Source: Dehalococcoidia bacterium (GTDB lineage Bacteria > Chloroflexota > Dehalococcoidia > Lucifugimonadales > Lucifugimonadaceae). From it: a stretch of 64,000 nucleotides of DNA. The position numbers and the translations under genes were made by a program. The notes beneath the pieces are model-generated. The model worked only from the letters and a program-made list of their open reading frames with translations, was not told the DNA's origin and made no database searches. Positions 17,746 to 27,178 of this stretch are shown here, in pieces (position 1 is the first letter of the stretch; each line of letters starts with the position of its first letter). The stretch is taken from NCBI GenBank assembly GCA_963555965.3, contig OY821634.1, forward strand, positions 1,523,754 through 1,587,753, read 5' to 3'.

Positions 17746-19317
17746 CTAGACCTTGTACTCTGCGTCCAATTCCATCGGATAAAGTGGGATGCGGCGGTGG
17801 TGGTAGGTAAAGGTCGACATGTCAGCGGTGGTTACGCCGGGAGTGTTGACGAGGATGACTTTTCCGGCGATCGGTTGGTACGCGGGCCGCGGCGAGACGA
17901 CTCCTTTGGCGACGACGATTTTGTAGCGTTCGGGAATGATTCCGATGTGATACATCTGCGCACGGACCGTGTTGCCGGCGCGGATCGACGTAAGTAGGAG
18001 AGTTTGCCCACCGTCCGTGTCTAGACGAATGCTAACGCCAGAGTCGTAGAAGCGGAAGCCGCCGTGAGAGGCGCCTAGCTCTTCGTACTGTCCATCAGTG
18101 ATCGCGCGGACAGTTCCGGTGACACGGACAGGTTTGCCGTGCATATCGTCGGTCTTGCCGCCCACATCCAGCGTGACAGAACCGCCTACTCCCGCCGCGA
18201 CGCAGGCTTCAACGGCCTCCGGATCGTAGAGAGTCTGGAGAAAGCCGGATATGCCGCGTTCGACGACCTGCTCAAGGATGTGCGTTGAATCTGCCGATGA
18301 TCCGCCACCGATGTTGTCGCCTACATCCATGAGAACAATCGGACCTTCTCTAGCAGCGTCCGTATCATCGGGCATCGCGAGCGCGGTTCCGTCGATTGCT
18401 ACTACGTCAGCCTCGTTCAGGTCTCGTGGCCCTACGTATTCGGCGAGGGCGATGTCTAATGCATCAGAGATGGAAGCGACTTCGACGTTCAACTCTGCGC
18501 GACGCTCCCAGGCTTTGGCGGCCATGTCTTTGGCGACGGATTTCGCGAGGTCGAGATCGCCATCGGCGATGGCTACCCACGACATGCCCATCTCTTCGAC
18601 GTCGGAGTATGGGTATCCTTCGGCGACGGAGGTGTCTAGGATGCCTGGAGTCTCGTTTGCAGCTACGGCGTCGGCAACGAAAGACTTCACGGGGTCTTCG
18701 CCGGTGAACTGCTTGACGATATTGACGTACATCGGTGGCATCTCGATCCACTGTACGGGATCGATTTCACCTTTGGTTGCTCGGTAGATGAGATCAGCGG
18801 TTTTGCGGCCTCGGACTTTGGGATCGAGGTGGGGGTTTGTTCTCCAGACGATACAAACGTCAGTGTGTTCCACGACCGGTTTCGAGACGTTTCCGTGCAT
18901 GTCGAGGGTGACGCCGACGCGCATGTCTGGTCCTACGATCTCACGTACGGCGCGGCTGAACTCGCCGTCCATGTCTGGAAACTCTTCGCTAACTGCTGCT
19001 CCGTGATTGGAGATGAGAACGGCGTCCCAGGGGCCGTCGTCGCGGAGCATCCCAAACATCTCGGCAGTGAGACGGTCGTACGCGTCTTTGGTGATCGTGC
19101 CGATGGGGCCAGTCACAGCGTACATCAGCGGCACGAGTTCGAATCCGAGTTCCTCTGCAGCCTGCATGTACCCGGAGATCGTGTACTGAGCGTCGCGGAA
19201 TTTATCGAAGATCTCCTCGCCTCTCAAGATGCCGGTGGCTTCGAATGCCGCGTAGTCGGCGGGGACGCTGGAGAAGGTGTTGGTTTCGTGTGAGATGCCT
19301 AGGAGTGGGATGCGCAT
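17746..19317 (-). CDS. M81 family metallopeptidase (MlrC-like)
   Basis: 523 aa. The N-terminus MRIPLLGISHETNTFS is typical of MlrC/DUF1485 proteins, and the length fits. Confidence 0.8.
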   Translation of the reverse strand: MRIPLLGISHETNTFSSVPADYAAFEATGILRGEEIFDKFRDAQYTISGYMQAAEELGFELVPLMYAVTGPIGTITKDAYDRLTAEMFGMLRDDGPWDAVLISNHGAAVSEEFPDMDGEFSRAVREIVGPDMRVGVTLDMHGNVSKPVVEHTDVCIVWRTNPHLDPKVRGRKTADLIYRATKGEIDPVQWIEMPPMYVNIVKQFTGEDPVKSFVADAVAANETPGILDTSVAEGYPYSDVEEMGMSWVAIADGDLDLAKSVAKDMAAKAWERRAELNVEVASISDALDIALAEYVGPRDLNEADVVAIDGTALAMPDDTDAAREGPIVLMDVGDNIGGGSSADSTHILEQVVERGISGFLQTLYDPEAVEACVAAGVGGSVTLDVGGKTDDMHGKPVRVTGTVRAITDGQYEELGASHGGFRFYDSGVSIRLDTDGGQTLLLTSIRAGNTVRAQMYHIGIIPERYKIVVAKGVVSPRPAYQPIAGKVILVNTPGVTTADMSTFTYHHRRIPLYPMELDAEYKV

Positions 19318-19450
19318 CGAATGTTCCTCGGTGTAGACGATTGTGGCTTTGTGGCAAAGGTTAATCTATCACCGCCGGGCATTTCTGGTGCTAGACTTTG
19401 AAACGCATTGACGCTATGTGAGCCGGTCAACGGCGCAAACGGAGAAACCG

Positions 19451-20611
19451 ATGAGGATTACCGATATCAAGAACTACCCGGTATGGGTCGGGCAACGCAA
19501 TCAAATGCTCGTCAAAGTGGAGACTGACGAGGGCATCTACGGATGGGGAGAATCAGGGTTTTCCGGCCGCGAGCTCTCTGTGAGCGGCATGGTTGACCAC
19601 TTCCGGGAATGGCTCATCGGGCAAGACCCCATGCGTCGCGGTCGGATATGGCAGGAGATGTATCGCGGGCAGTACTTCGAAGGCGGTCGCAGCATCACTG
19701 GAGCGATGTCAGCTATCGACATCGCGTTGCACGACATCGCAGGGAAGAAACTCGGAGTGCCGGTGTACCAGCTTCTCGGAGGGATGCAGCGGGAATGGGT
19801 GCCGACGTTTGCGAGCGGTGGAGGAACGACTGCGGATGAAGTAGCCGAGATGGGGAAGGCTATCTGGGCCGACGGCTTTAAGGCAATGCGCCTAAACCTG
19901 CAAACCATCGGCGAGATCAACGACCCCGATCTCTTCGAGCCACGCGAGTCAATAGCGCCCACCGCCGAGGCGCTAATAAAAGCTAGAGAGGCACTAGGGC
20001 TCGAACCAGTTATCGGGATTGACTATCACCATCGACTCTCGGTAGCGGAAGCAGCGTCGTTCTGCCAGATGATGCCTACCCACACCCTCGACTTCATCGA
20101 AGAGCCGATCCGCGACGAATCGCCGGAAGCGTACGAAGAGTTGCGAAAACTCACTGTCATACCATTCGCGATCGGCGAGGAATTCGCGTCTAAGTGGCAG
20201 TTCCTTCCCTATATCGAGAAAGGTCTCACCAACTACGCACGGCTTGACATCTGCAACGTCGGCGGCTTCACCGAGGCGATGAAGGTTGCTGGATGGGCAG
20301 AAGCCCACTACATCGACCTGATGCCGCACAACCCGTTGGGACCGATCTGCGTCGCCGCGACATCGCACTTTGCGACGGCGATACCTAACTTCTCGTGGCT
20401 AGAGATACGCCACTCGGTAGGCGAACCTGATAACAATTTCTACCAAGACGAGGTATTCCCAGTGCAGCCGACTGTGGAACCTGGTCGTGTCGTATTGAGC
20501 GATCTTCCAGGTCTAGGCATCGAAGTCGACGAGGCAAGCCTAACCGAACCATTCCAGTTCTGGGAAGCCCCACACCTGCACCGCCGAGACGGGTCGCACA
20601 CGAATTGGTAA
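19451..20611 (+). CDS. Enolase-superfamily dehydratase (galactonate dehydratase-like, MR/MLE family)
   Basis: MRITDIK...VKVETDEGIYGWGE...AIDIALHDIAGKKLGVPVYQLLGG. I chose the ATG at 19451 (GGAGA upstream) over the track GTG at 19418. Confidence 0.85.
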   Translation: MRITDIKNYPVWVGQRNQMLVKVETDEGIYGWGESGFSGRELSVSGMVDHFREWLIGQDPMRRGRIWQEMYRGQYFEGGRSITGAMSAIDIALHDIAGKKLGVPVYQLLGGMQREWVPTFASGGGTTADEVAEMGKAIWADGFKAMRLNLQTIGEINDPDLFEPRESIAPTAEALIKAREALGLEPVIGIDYHHRLSVAEAASFCQMMPTHTLDFIEEPIRDESPEAYEELRKLTVIPFAIGEEFASKWQFLPYIEKGLTNYARLDICNVGGFTEAMKVAGWAEAHYIDLMPHNPLGPICVAATSHFATAIPNFSWLEIRHSVGEPDNNFYQDEVFPVQPTVEPGRVVLSDLPGLGIEVDEASLTEPFQFWEAPHLHRRDGSHTNW

Positions 20612-20637
20612 CGAGATGAAAAAGGTTTGGGTAGCGA

Positions 20638-21921
20638 ATGACCCTCTCAACCAAAGCCAACTACGGGGCCTTCCGAGACAGCCTCAAGGCCCCGATCCAC
20701 AAATGGTTCACCTACCCGGCTGGCTATTCCTACAAACTCGTCAATGCCAAATTGGATGAACACGGAATCGGGAGCGGATGCCTCGTCCTTGATCCATTCT
20801 TGGGAACTGGCACCACGTCGCTGGCGGCAAAGATGCGAGCAGTGGATTCAGTGGGTATCGAAGCACACCCATACGTCCATCAAGTAGCGCGGACCAAACT
20901 CACTTGGTGCAATGACGCTAGTGAACTTGCTGAACTAGCAACTGAGATAGTCACAGATGCACACGTAGCAAATCGATCAATGGACAAATTGCCAGACTAT
21001 CCTGAATTGGTTCACAAGTGCTTTACAGCCGAAACGCTTCGGGGATTAAGCGCGATTAAGGAATCTATAGCTGCCAATTGCTCGAACCAACGTAGCCACG
21101 AGTTTTTTGAACTGGCGTTGGCGGCCACGCTGAGACTCGTGACCACGGCTGGAGCAGGCTGGCCATACATTGCGCCCTCGAAACACGCACGTCGCAAAAC
21201 CTCGCACGATCCGTTCGAGAAATTCGCGGAGACAGCACATTTGATGATCAGCGATTTGATCTACGTCGAATCTCTGAACATACCGCCATCCACACATCAA
21301 ATCTACTGCGATGATGCCAAAAACATCGACGCCTACACCGACCCTGGCAGTGTCGACATAATGATCACATCTCCCCCGTACCTGAACAACTACGACTACG
21401 CAGACCGCACCAGACTGGAAACCTACTTCCTCGGTAAGTACAGTTCTTGGGCTGATATATCGCTTAAAGTCCGTAGCAAGTTGATGATTTCGGCAACAAC
21501 CCAGATAACCTTGCGCGATATGCAGCACCTCATACACCTGCCCAAACTGCGTTGCATCTCGCCCAAAGTCGTTGACTACCTCAGACCTAGAATCGATGAA
21601 CTGTTCGCGTTCCGTAACGCTAAGCCAGGACGAAAAACATACGACATTTTGGTAGCGGGATACTTTGAAGACATGGCAGAAATCCTGAACGCGTGCTACC
21701 GTGTGCTCAAACCACAAGGCACCTTCACACTCGTCATCGGTGATTCGGCACCTTACGGCGTCCATGTGGAGACCGAAAAAGTATTGGGTGAGATAGCGAT
21801 CGCCCTCGGTTTCTCCGACTATGAAGTAGAAGTGATCCGATCCAGAGGCGAAAAGTGGGCCGGTAATTCCCAACGTCACAACGTCAAGCTCAAAGAAAGC
21901 ATCTTGACAATCACGAAGTAG
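20638..21921 (+). CDS. DNA methyltransferase (N4-cytosine or N6-adenine) of a type II R-M pair
   Basis: 427 aa. The AdoMet motif DPFLGTGTT is at 20791-20817 and the catalytic SPPY at 21370-21381. VLKPQGTFTLVIGD is also present. The region looks AT-richer than its flanks. Confidence 0.85.
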   Translation: MTLSTKANYGAFRDSLKAPIHKWFTYPAGYSYKLVNAKLDEHGIGSGCLVLDPFLGTGTTSLAAKMRAVDSVGIEAHPYVHQVARTKLTWCNDASELAELATEIVTDAHVANRSMDKLPDYPELVHKCFTAETLRGLSAIKESIAANCSNQRSHEFFELALAATLRLVTTAGAGWPYIAPSKHARRKTSHDPFEKFAETAHLMISDLIYVESLNIPPSTHQIYCDDAKNIDAYTDPGSVDIMITSPPYLNNYDYADRTRLETYFLGKYSSWADISLKVRSKLMISATTQITLRDMQHLIHLPKLRCISPKVVDYLRPRIDELFAFRNAKPGRKTYDILVAGYFEDMAEILNACYRVLKPQGTFTLVIGDSAPYGVHVETEKVLGEIAIALGFSDYEVEVIRSRGEKWAGNSQRHNVKLKESILTITK

Positions 21922-21934
21922 TTGGGATTCGACC

Positions 21935-22672
21935 ATGCCACCAAATCCAGCATCAGCGCTTGGCGAAGCTGCAGGTAAGCTATTTGAGGATGGCGTTCTG
22001 CGATGTTTGACCCCGGTGGTGTTGGATTTTCAGCACACGGTAAGCGCTTCAAGGCTCAAGAACGGGAGCGAAAACACATACCAGATCGATGCTGTTGTAT
22101 TTGACAGCGAAGATCGACCGATCATCATAGTTGACCCCAAGTACATCCGGTACACAAAACACAATCGCGACAAAGCCAGTTGGTTGTGCACTGCCCACTA
22201 CAATCTGCGTAAAACCTATCCTACCTTGCGGAAATCGATTGCAGTTCTGGGCGGGCGATGGTCGAAACCTTCGCGATCTTTGTTGGGCAGTTTCGGTGTT
22301 GAGATAATCACCGTTCCTTTCGATCATTTCTGTGAAGTATTCAGCGAATTCAATGTCGAATTCAACTGGGACGAAAAAGACAGAGAAACGCCTATTACAT
22401 CGCTTTACGAATTCCAAAAGTTGCAACCTCAACAGCTGGCGCTGATATCTGATGAGCTTGTAGCGCCAATTTCATCCTCCCTCGCTGATTCAGTCGCGCA
22501 AGTTTTGAGCACAAGCTTGGATGAGGTGCCGCACCACGTCGAGAGTGTTGAAGTCCTCATCAAAACAGACCAAAACGAGATGTTACTCCGTCAGCACGAC
22601 AACATCCGCGACGCGATCGTCAACCTGTCAAGCATGTTGCCGACCCAGACCGATATTTCGGACATGATTTAG
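21935..22672 (+). CDS. Putative type II restriction endonuclease (PD-(D/E)xK candidate)
   Basis: 245 aa, starting 13 bp after the methyltransferase stop. The pattern is YQID(52)AVVF...IIVD(67)PK(69)Y. It has the same lower-GC composition as the methyltransferase. No other family is recognised. Confidence 0.5.
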   Translation: MPPNPASALGEAAGKLFEDGVLRCLTPVVLDFQHTVSASRLKNGSENTYQIDAVVFDSEDRPIIIVDPKYIRYTKHNRDKASWLCTAHYNLRKTYPTLRKSIAVLGGRWSKPSRSLLGSFGVEIITVPFDHFCEVFSEFNVEFNWDEKDRETPITSLYEFQKLQPQQLALISDELVAPISSSLADSVAQVLSTSLDEVPHHVESVEVLIKTDQNEMLLRQHDNIRDAIVNLSSMLPTQTDISDMI

Positions 22673-22704
22673 AGAACTGCCGGAAATTACGAAGGTGCAA
22701 TACC

Positions 22705-23781
22705 ATGCTAAACATCGGATTCATCGGCGCTGGGAAGATTGCTGATCTCCACGCCCCCGGCTACCTCAGCAACCCTGATGCACGTATCTACGCTGTCGCC
22801 GATAACGGGCCCGGCGTCGCCGAATCTCGTGCAGCAGAGTGGGGCGCGGAGAAGGCGTACACCGACTACCGAGCGATGCTCGAAGATCCAGCGGTCGATG
22901 CTGTGGAGGTTCTGACGCCGCACTCGCTCCACGCCCAGATGGTGGTCGACGCTCTCGATGCCGGAAAGCACGTCAGCCTCCAAAAGCCGATGGCGATCAC
23001 GCTCGATGAGTGCAACGCCATCGTCGATGCAGCAAACAATACCGACAAATTCATGCGCGTCTTCGAGAACTTCGCCTACTACGAACCCATCGTGCGAGCC
23101 AAGCAGATGCTTGACGATGGCGTGATTGGCGAACCGATCTCGATGCGCATGAAGACCATTACCGGCCACCGAAAACACGGCTGGGACATTCCCGACGAAT
23201 CGATTGCGTGGCGATTCGATCAATCGATAAACGGTGTCGGCAAAGCGATCCTCGACTATGGCTACCACATCTTCGCGATGGGCCGCTGGTTCCTCGGCGA
23301 ACCCGAGCAGGTCTTCGCATGGATCCGCACCAGCTACACCCAGGAAGGCTTCGAAAACGACTCCCCGCTCCTCGTAGCTTGGTCCTACCAAGGCGGCAAG
23401 ACCCACGGCTCATGGGAGCAGCAGGCATCCACCGAGATGGTCGTTCGCTCCGACTACTACCCCGGCGATGAGTGGTTCGAACTTAGCGGCACCCGCGGCG
23501 TGATATGGGTCAACCGATGCACCGCAAAGATGCTCTACGACACTCCGCCGTTGACCTACTACGCCGATGGCGAGATGCACCGCGTGGCTGAAGACGAGAT
23601 TAATGCCGACTGGGGCAACTCATTCGTCCAATGCGTCAACGAATTCGTCACCTGCATCCTCGAAGATTGCCAACCTGATATGACCGCCGAAGACTCCCGT
23701 GAGACATACAAGTTCGCCCGCGCGAGCCAACTGGCCGCACGCAAAAACCGACCAGTAACCCTCGCCGAAGTCCAAGACTAA
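22705..23781 (+). CDS. Gfo/Idh/MocA family oxidoreductase
   Basis: 358 aa. The N-terminal Rossmann motif is MLNIGFIGAGKIADLH, and EVLTPHSLH is present. Confidence 0.85.
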   Translation: MLNIGFIGAGKIADLHAPGYLSNPDARIYAVADNGPGVAESRAAEWGAEKAYTDYRAMLEDPAVDAVEVLTPHSLHAQMVVDALDAGKHVSLQKPMAITLDECNAIVDAANNTDKFMRVFENFAYYEPIVRAKQMLDDGVIGEPISMRMKTITGHRKHGWDIPDESIAWRFDQSINGVGKAILDYGYHIFAMGRWFLGEPEQVFAWIRTSYTQEGFENDSPLLVAWSYQGGKTHGSWEQQASTEMVVRSDYYPGDEWFELSGTRGVIWVNRCTAKMLYDTPPLTYYADGEMHRVAEDEINADWGNSFVQCVNEFVTCILEDCQPDMTAEDSRETYKFARASQLAARKNRPVTLAEVQD

Positions 23782-23923
23782 CTACACCTCCCCCTTTTGC
23801 GTTGCAAAGGTGGGACGCGTCAAGCGAAGCGAGATGTAGGGGGGGTCATACACCAAACTCTTGCGACTCACCCCTTCAATCTCTCTTGGACATCAAGGGG
23901 AATGGGACTGCCCCCATCACACC

Positions 23924-23959
23924 CCAAAAAGCCGCCGGATGGAGGCAAGCCGGCGGCTT
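23924..23959 (-). terminator. Rho-independent terminator for 23991-24608
   Basis: Stems AAGCCGCCGG (23929-23938) and CCGGCGGCTT (23950-23959). An A-run at 23926-23930 gives a T-run on the minus strand. Confidence 0.7.
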
Positions 23960-23990
23960 CGTGAATTGAGGTGTATCTCTACTCTAGTCT

Positions 23991-24608
23991 TTAGGCATCG
24001 ATGTGGTCTTTAGACGCGCCAGTGCCTCCCCCATCCTTATCCCCATTCCAGCCGTGCTTACCACGCTTACCATCTCCCCGCTTACCATCACGATCCCCCA
24101 TCAGATCATCAAGCGCTTCTGGACGCGAGTCCCACCATGCTGTTAACGAGTCAGCATCCGCTTGCGTGATAACGCCTTGCTCAACCAAGTAGTCCAACTT
24201 CTCCTCCGACCCGGCAAACATCCCGACGCCCTTACCGAAGCCTCTTCGACCCCAGCCGCGTTTACCATCGCCATCACCATCTTTCCCGTCAAAGTTGAAC
24301 TCGATCTCAGGCTTCGACTCCTGCCATGCCTTGATCGCATCCGCCTCTTCCTGAGTCAAAGTCCCACTATCAACCAACCCTGTAAATTTCGCGTCCACAC
24401 GCTCCGTATGCAACTCTGCCTTCGCCTGCTTGAACGCCGATTCCACAGTGTCCGAATCAACACCGAGAATCGACGCCACACGCTCCACGAACGTTTGCCG
24501 ACCTGCTTCATCATTCGACTGCGCCGCAATAATCCCAGCGAACGCACCCACCGCAGCCACTACCGTAACCGCCGTGCCAACCAAGATGATGCTCAATCTC
24601 TTTTTCAT
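23991..24608 (-). CDS. Secreted/anchored hypothetical protein with internal duplication
   Basis: 205 aa. The signal/anchor is MKKRLSIILVGTAVTVVAAVGAFAGIIAAQ. The duplicated segments are GTLTQEEADAIKAWQESKPE and GVITQADADSLTAWWDSRPE. Gly/Asp/Lys-rich spacers follow. Confidence 0.7.
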   Translation of the reverse strand: MKKRLSIILVGTAVTVVAAVGAFAGIIAAQSNDEAGRQTFVERVASILGVDSDTVESAFKQAKAELHTERVDAKFTGLVDSGTLTQEEADAIKAWQESKPEIEFNFDGKDGDGDGKRGWGRRGFGKGVGMFAGSEEKLDYLVEQGVITQADADSLTAWWDSRPEALDDLMGDRDGKRGDGKRGKHGWNGDKDGGGTGASKDHIDA

Positions 24609-24936
24609 CGCTTAAGTTCCTATCTCTAAAGTCTGACGACTTCCTAGTTCCGTAGCAGACAACAACATTCGTCTGCCACGAACCCATTTCTAGACCTCAA
24701 TCTTCAACATCATCACAAGAAATCTTCAAGATCATGTCAAGACCCAACCCCAATCACACCCGCGTGTAGGTGGAAATCCAGGTTCCGCCGCTCGCGAGGG
24801 AAATGCCCGAAGGACAAAGGGGGCGCGAAGCATCACACCCGATCATCACAAAATCATCGCAATCACAGTTGAAAAATCACCCCAAAATATAGTCTTAACC
24901 TAAGCACAACTTCCAACCCGCAAGGAGATACGATAC

Positions 24937-25713
24937 ATGGCGGTAGCAATCGACTTGTCAGGCAAACGAGGCGTCGTCTTCGGCGTCGCAAACCAGCGCA
25001 GCATCGCATGGGCAATATCAGAAAAGCTCATCGAAGCAGGCGCTGAACTCGCCTTCACATACCTCAACGAACGACTACGAGGCCCCGTAGCCAAGACCGT
25101 CTCCAATCTTGACGACCCGCTACTGATCGAGTGTGACGCTACCGACGACGGCGACGTCCAATCCGTATACGACCAAGTCGGCGAAAAGTGGGGACAAATC
25201 GACTTCGTAGTCCACTCGGTAGCCTACGCCGAACGAGACGACCTCGGCGGAGACTTTTCGACTACCGGACGACAAGGCTTCCGTACCGCACTCGAAACCT
25301 CCGCTTACACCCTCATGCCCGTCGTATCCCGCGCCGTTCCCCTAATGCCCGAAGGCGGCGCAGCACTCACCATGACTTTCGACGCTTCACAACGCGTCTA
25401 CCCCGGATACAACATCATGGGCACCGCAAAAGCCGCGCTCGAAAACGAAGTCCGACAACTCGCCGCCGAATTCGGAGAAAAAAACGTCCGAGTGAACGCA
25501 ATCTCCGCCGGCCCGCTACCGACCCTCGCAGCACGATCAATCCCCGGCTTCCGAGACATGACAAGCGCCCACCGAGACCGATCACCCCTCAAACGCAACA
25601 TCACCCATCGCGAAGTCGGCGACACCGCCCTCTTCCTCCTAAGCGAAATGTCCTCCGGCATAACTGGCGCGGTGATACCAGTGGATGCAGGTTATGGCAT
25701 TATCGCACTCTAA
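24937..25713 (+). CDS. fabI: Enoyl-[acyl-carrier-protein] reductase (NADH)
   Basis: 258 aa with GKRGVVFGVANQRSIAW, Y..MG.AKAALE and VNAISAGP, which are FabI hallmarks. Confidence 0.9.
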   Translation: MAVAIDLSGKRGVVFGVANQRSIAWAISEKLIEAGAELAFTYLNERLRGPVAKTVSNLDDPLLIECDATDDGDVQSVYDQVGEKWGQIDFVVHSVAYAERDDLGGDFSTTGRQGFRTALETSAYTLMPVVSRAVPLMPEGGAALTMTFDASQRVYPGYNIMGTAKAALENEVRQLAAEFGEKNVRVNAISAGPLPTLAARSIPGFRDMTSAHRDRSPLKRNITHREVGDTALFLLSEMSSGITGAVIPVDAGYGIIAL

Positions 25714-25727
25714 AACCCATCCCCGCC

Positions 25728-25895
25728 ATTCCAACGTACCCACCCATGTCATTCCGAGCGCAACGAGGAACCTCCCCCCTTCGCACAGCGCAAGGGGGCT
25801 AGGGGGATGCTTGCTGCAATTCCAACGTACCCACCCGTCATTCCGAAGTACCCACCCGTCATTCCCGCGTAGGCGGGAATCTAGAGGGGGTCAGG
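25728..25895 (+). repeat. 168-bp direct repeat, left copy (flanks the TA cassette)
   Basis: Manual alignment with 27006-27173 shows 4 mismatches and no indels. It contains the GTCATTCCGAGCG module and the hairpin ATTCCCGCGTAGGCGGGAAT. Confidence 0.9.
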
Positions 25896-25897
25896 TA

Positions 25898-26067
25898 TTT
25901 GAACCATGATTGCCATGATTAGGAATGATGGAGTGAGATATGCTCCCCAGACCACCCATGTCATTCCGAGCACAGCGAGGAATCTCCCCCTTCGCACAGC
26001 GTAAGGGGGCTAGGGAGATGCTTGGGCGAGGACGGGAGGCAAAAAATCATGGCAATCATGGTTCAAA
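25898..26067. mobile_element. MITE-like unit with perfect 23-bp terminal inverted repeats (variant TIR)
   Basis: TTTGAACCATGATTGCCATGATT at 25898-25920 has its exact reverse complement at 26045-26067. No ORF of its own. Confidence 0.4.
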
Positions 26068-26196
26068 ACCTCCCCCCTTCGCATTCACACCATGTCATTC
26101 CGAGCGCAGCGAGGAATCTCCCCCTTCGCGGAGCGTAAGGGGGATAGGGGGATGCCCCATCATTCCCATCAAAGTTCAAAACGCTATCATTACACC

Positions 26197-26505
26197 ATGA
26201 TTCCCCTAATTGCCCAACACACAGACGAACTAGCCGAACTCTGTCGCCGACACCACGTCAAGCGGCTAGAAGTCTTCGGCTCCGCAGCCGTCGGAGACTT
26301 CAACCCCGAAAAAAGCGACATCGACTTCCTAGTCGATTACCACCTGCTACCACCTGGCAAACACGCCGACGCATACTTCGGACTCTTCAACGACCTCCAA
26401 TCAATCTTCGGACGTTCAATCGATCTCGTCGAAGACAAAGCCATCGAAAATCCCTACTTTCGGCAATCTGTAGACGCTACCAGAGAAACCGTCTATGGAC
26501 TCTGA
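26197..26505 (+). CDS. MNT-type nucleotidyltransferase antitoxin
   Basis: LEVFGSAAVGDFNPEKSDIDFLVDY is the GS-x10-DxD nucleotidyltransferase fold motif. I chose the ATG at 26197. The upstream part of track ORF 26092-26505 is repeat read-through. Confidence 0.85.
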   Translation: MIPLIAQHTDELAELCRRHHVKRLEVFGSAAVGDFNPEKSDIDFLVDYHLLPPGKHADAYFGLFNDLQSIFGRSIDLVEDKAIENPYFRQSVDATRETVYGL

Positions 26506-26836
26506 AGTAAAAACCCGCCTGTCGGACATCCAACTGGCCGCTGAGCGCATCATCGAAATAACTCTCGACAAGTCGTTCGAAGAATTCGAAGGCGACTGGG
26601 TAGTCAGAGCCGCAGTCGAACGTCAATTTATGATCATCGGAGAGGCGACCAACGTCATCGCCGCCAAAGACCAAACCATATCCTCACTCTTGGGCAACTA
26701 CCCCCAAATCATCGGATTCCGCAACATCCTCGCACACCAGTACCGAGATGTCCTAGACCGCACCGTCTGGGGAATCATTGAAAACAACCTCCCAACTCTC
26801 CTCAACGAAGTCAACACACTACTCGAACAGACCTAA
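26495..26836 (+). CDS. HepT-like HEPN (DUF86) toxin
   Basis: 113 aa. ERQFMIIGEA and the RNILAHQY (R-x4-H) HEPN motif are present. It overlaps the MNT gene by 11 bp. Confidence 0.85.
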   Translation: MDSEVKTRLSDIQLAAERIIEITLDKSFEEFEGDWVVRAAVERQFMIIGEATNVIAAKDQTISSLLGNYPQIIGFRNILAHQYRDVLDRTVWGIIENNLPTLLNEVNTLLEQT

Positions 26837-27178
26837 ACTCCATCCCCTTCGCGAAGCACAACCCTTTCCCTCCCCCCTTCGCACAGCGTAAGGGGGCTAG
26901 GGGGATGCTTGCTGCAATTCAAACGTACCCACCCGTCATTCCAAGCACAGCGAGGAACCTCCCCCCTTCGCACAGCGTAAGGGGGCTAGGGGGATGCTTG
27001 CTGCAATTCCAACTTACCCACCCATGTCATTCCGAGCGCAGCGAGGAATCTCCCCCCTTCGCACAGCGTAAGGGGGCTAGGGGGATGCTTGCTGCAATTC
27101 CAACGTACCCACCCGTCATTCCGAAGTACCCACCCGTCATTCCCGCGTAGGCGGGAATCTAGAGGGGGTCAGGGGATG
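26837..27178. repeat. Repeat block (three iterations of an ~85-bp unit), includes the right 168-bp direct repeat at 27006-27173
   Basis: CCCCCCTTCGCACAGCGTAAGGGGGCTAGGGGGATGCTTGCTGCAATTC...GTCATTCC recurs three times. The last 168 bp match 25728-25895. Confidence 0.9.

Noticed and set aside
21046-21936. Large antisense or alternative-frame ORFs inside well-supported genes. Examples are 21046-21936 (296 aa), 22708-23406 (232 aa), 45829-46494 (221 aa), 40742-41521 (259 aa), 25188-25802 (204 aa), 16381-17001 (206 aa), and 1031-1393 / 6592-6969.
   Set aside because: Each lies opposite to or out of frame with a gene that has clear family motifs. Their sequences are Arg/Ser/Pro-rich, as is typical of GC-rich shadow frames. 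The 1031-1393 and 6592-6969 pair look paralogous only because the underlying surface-protein genes are.
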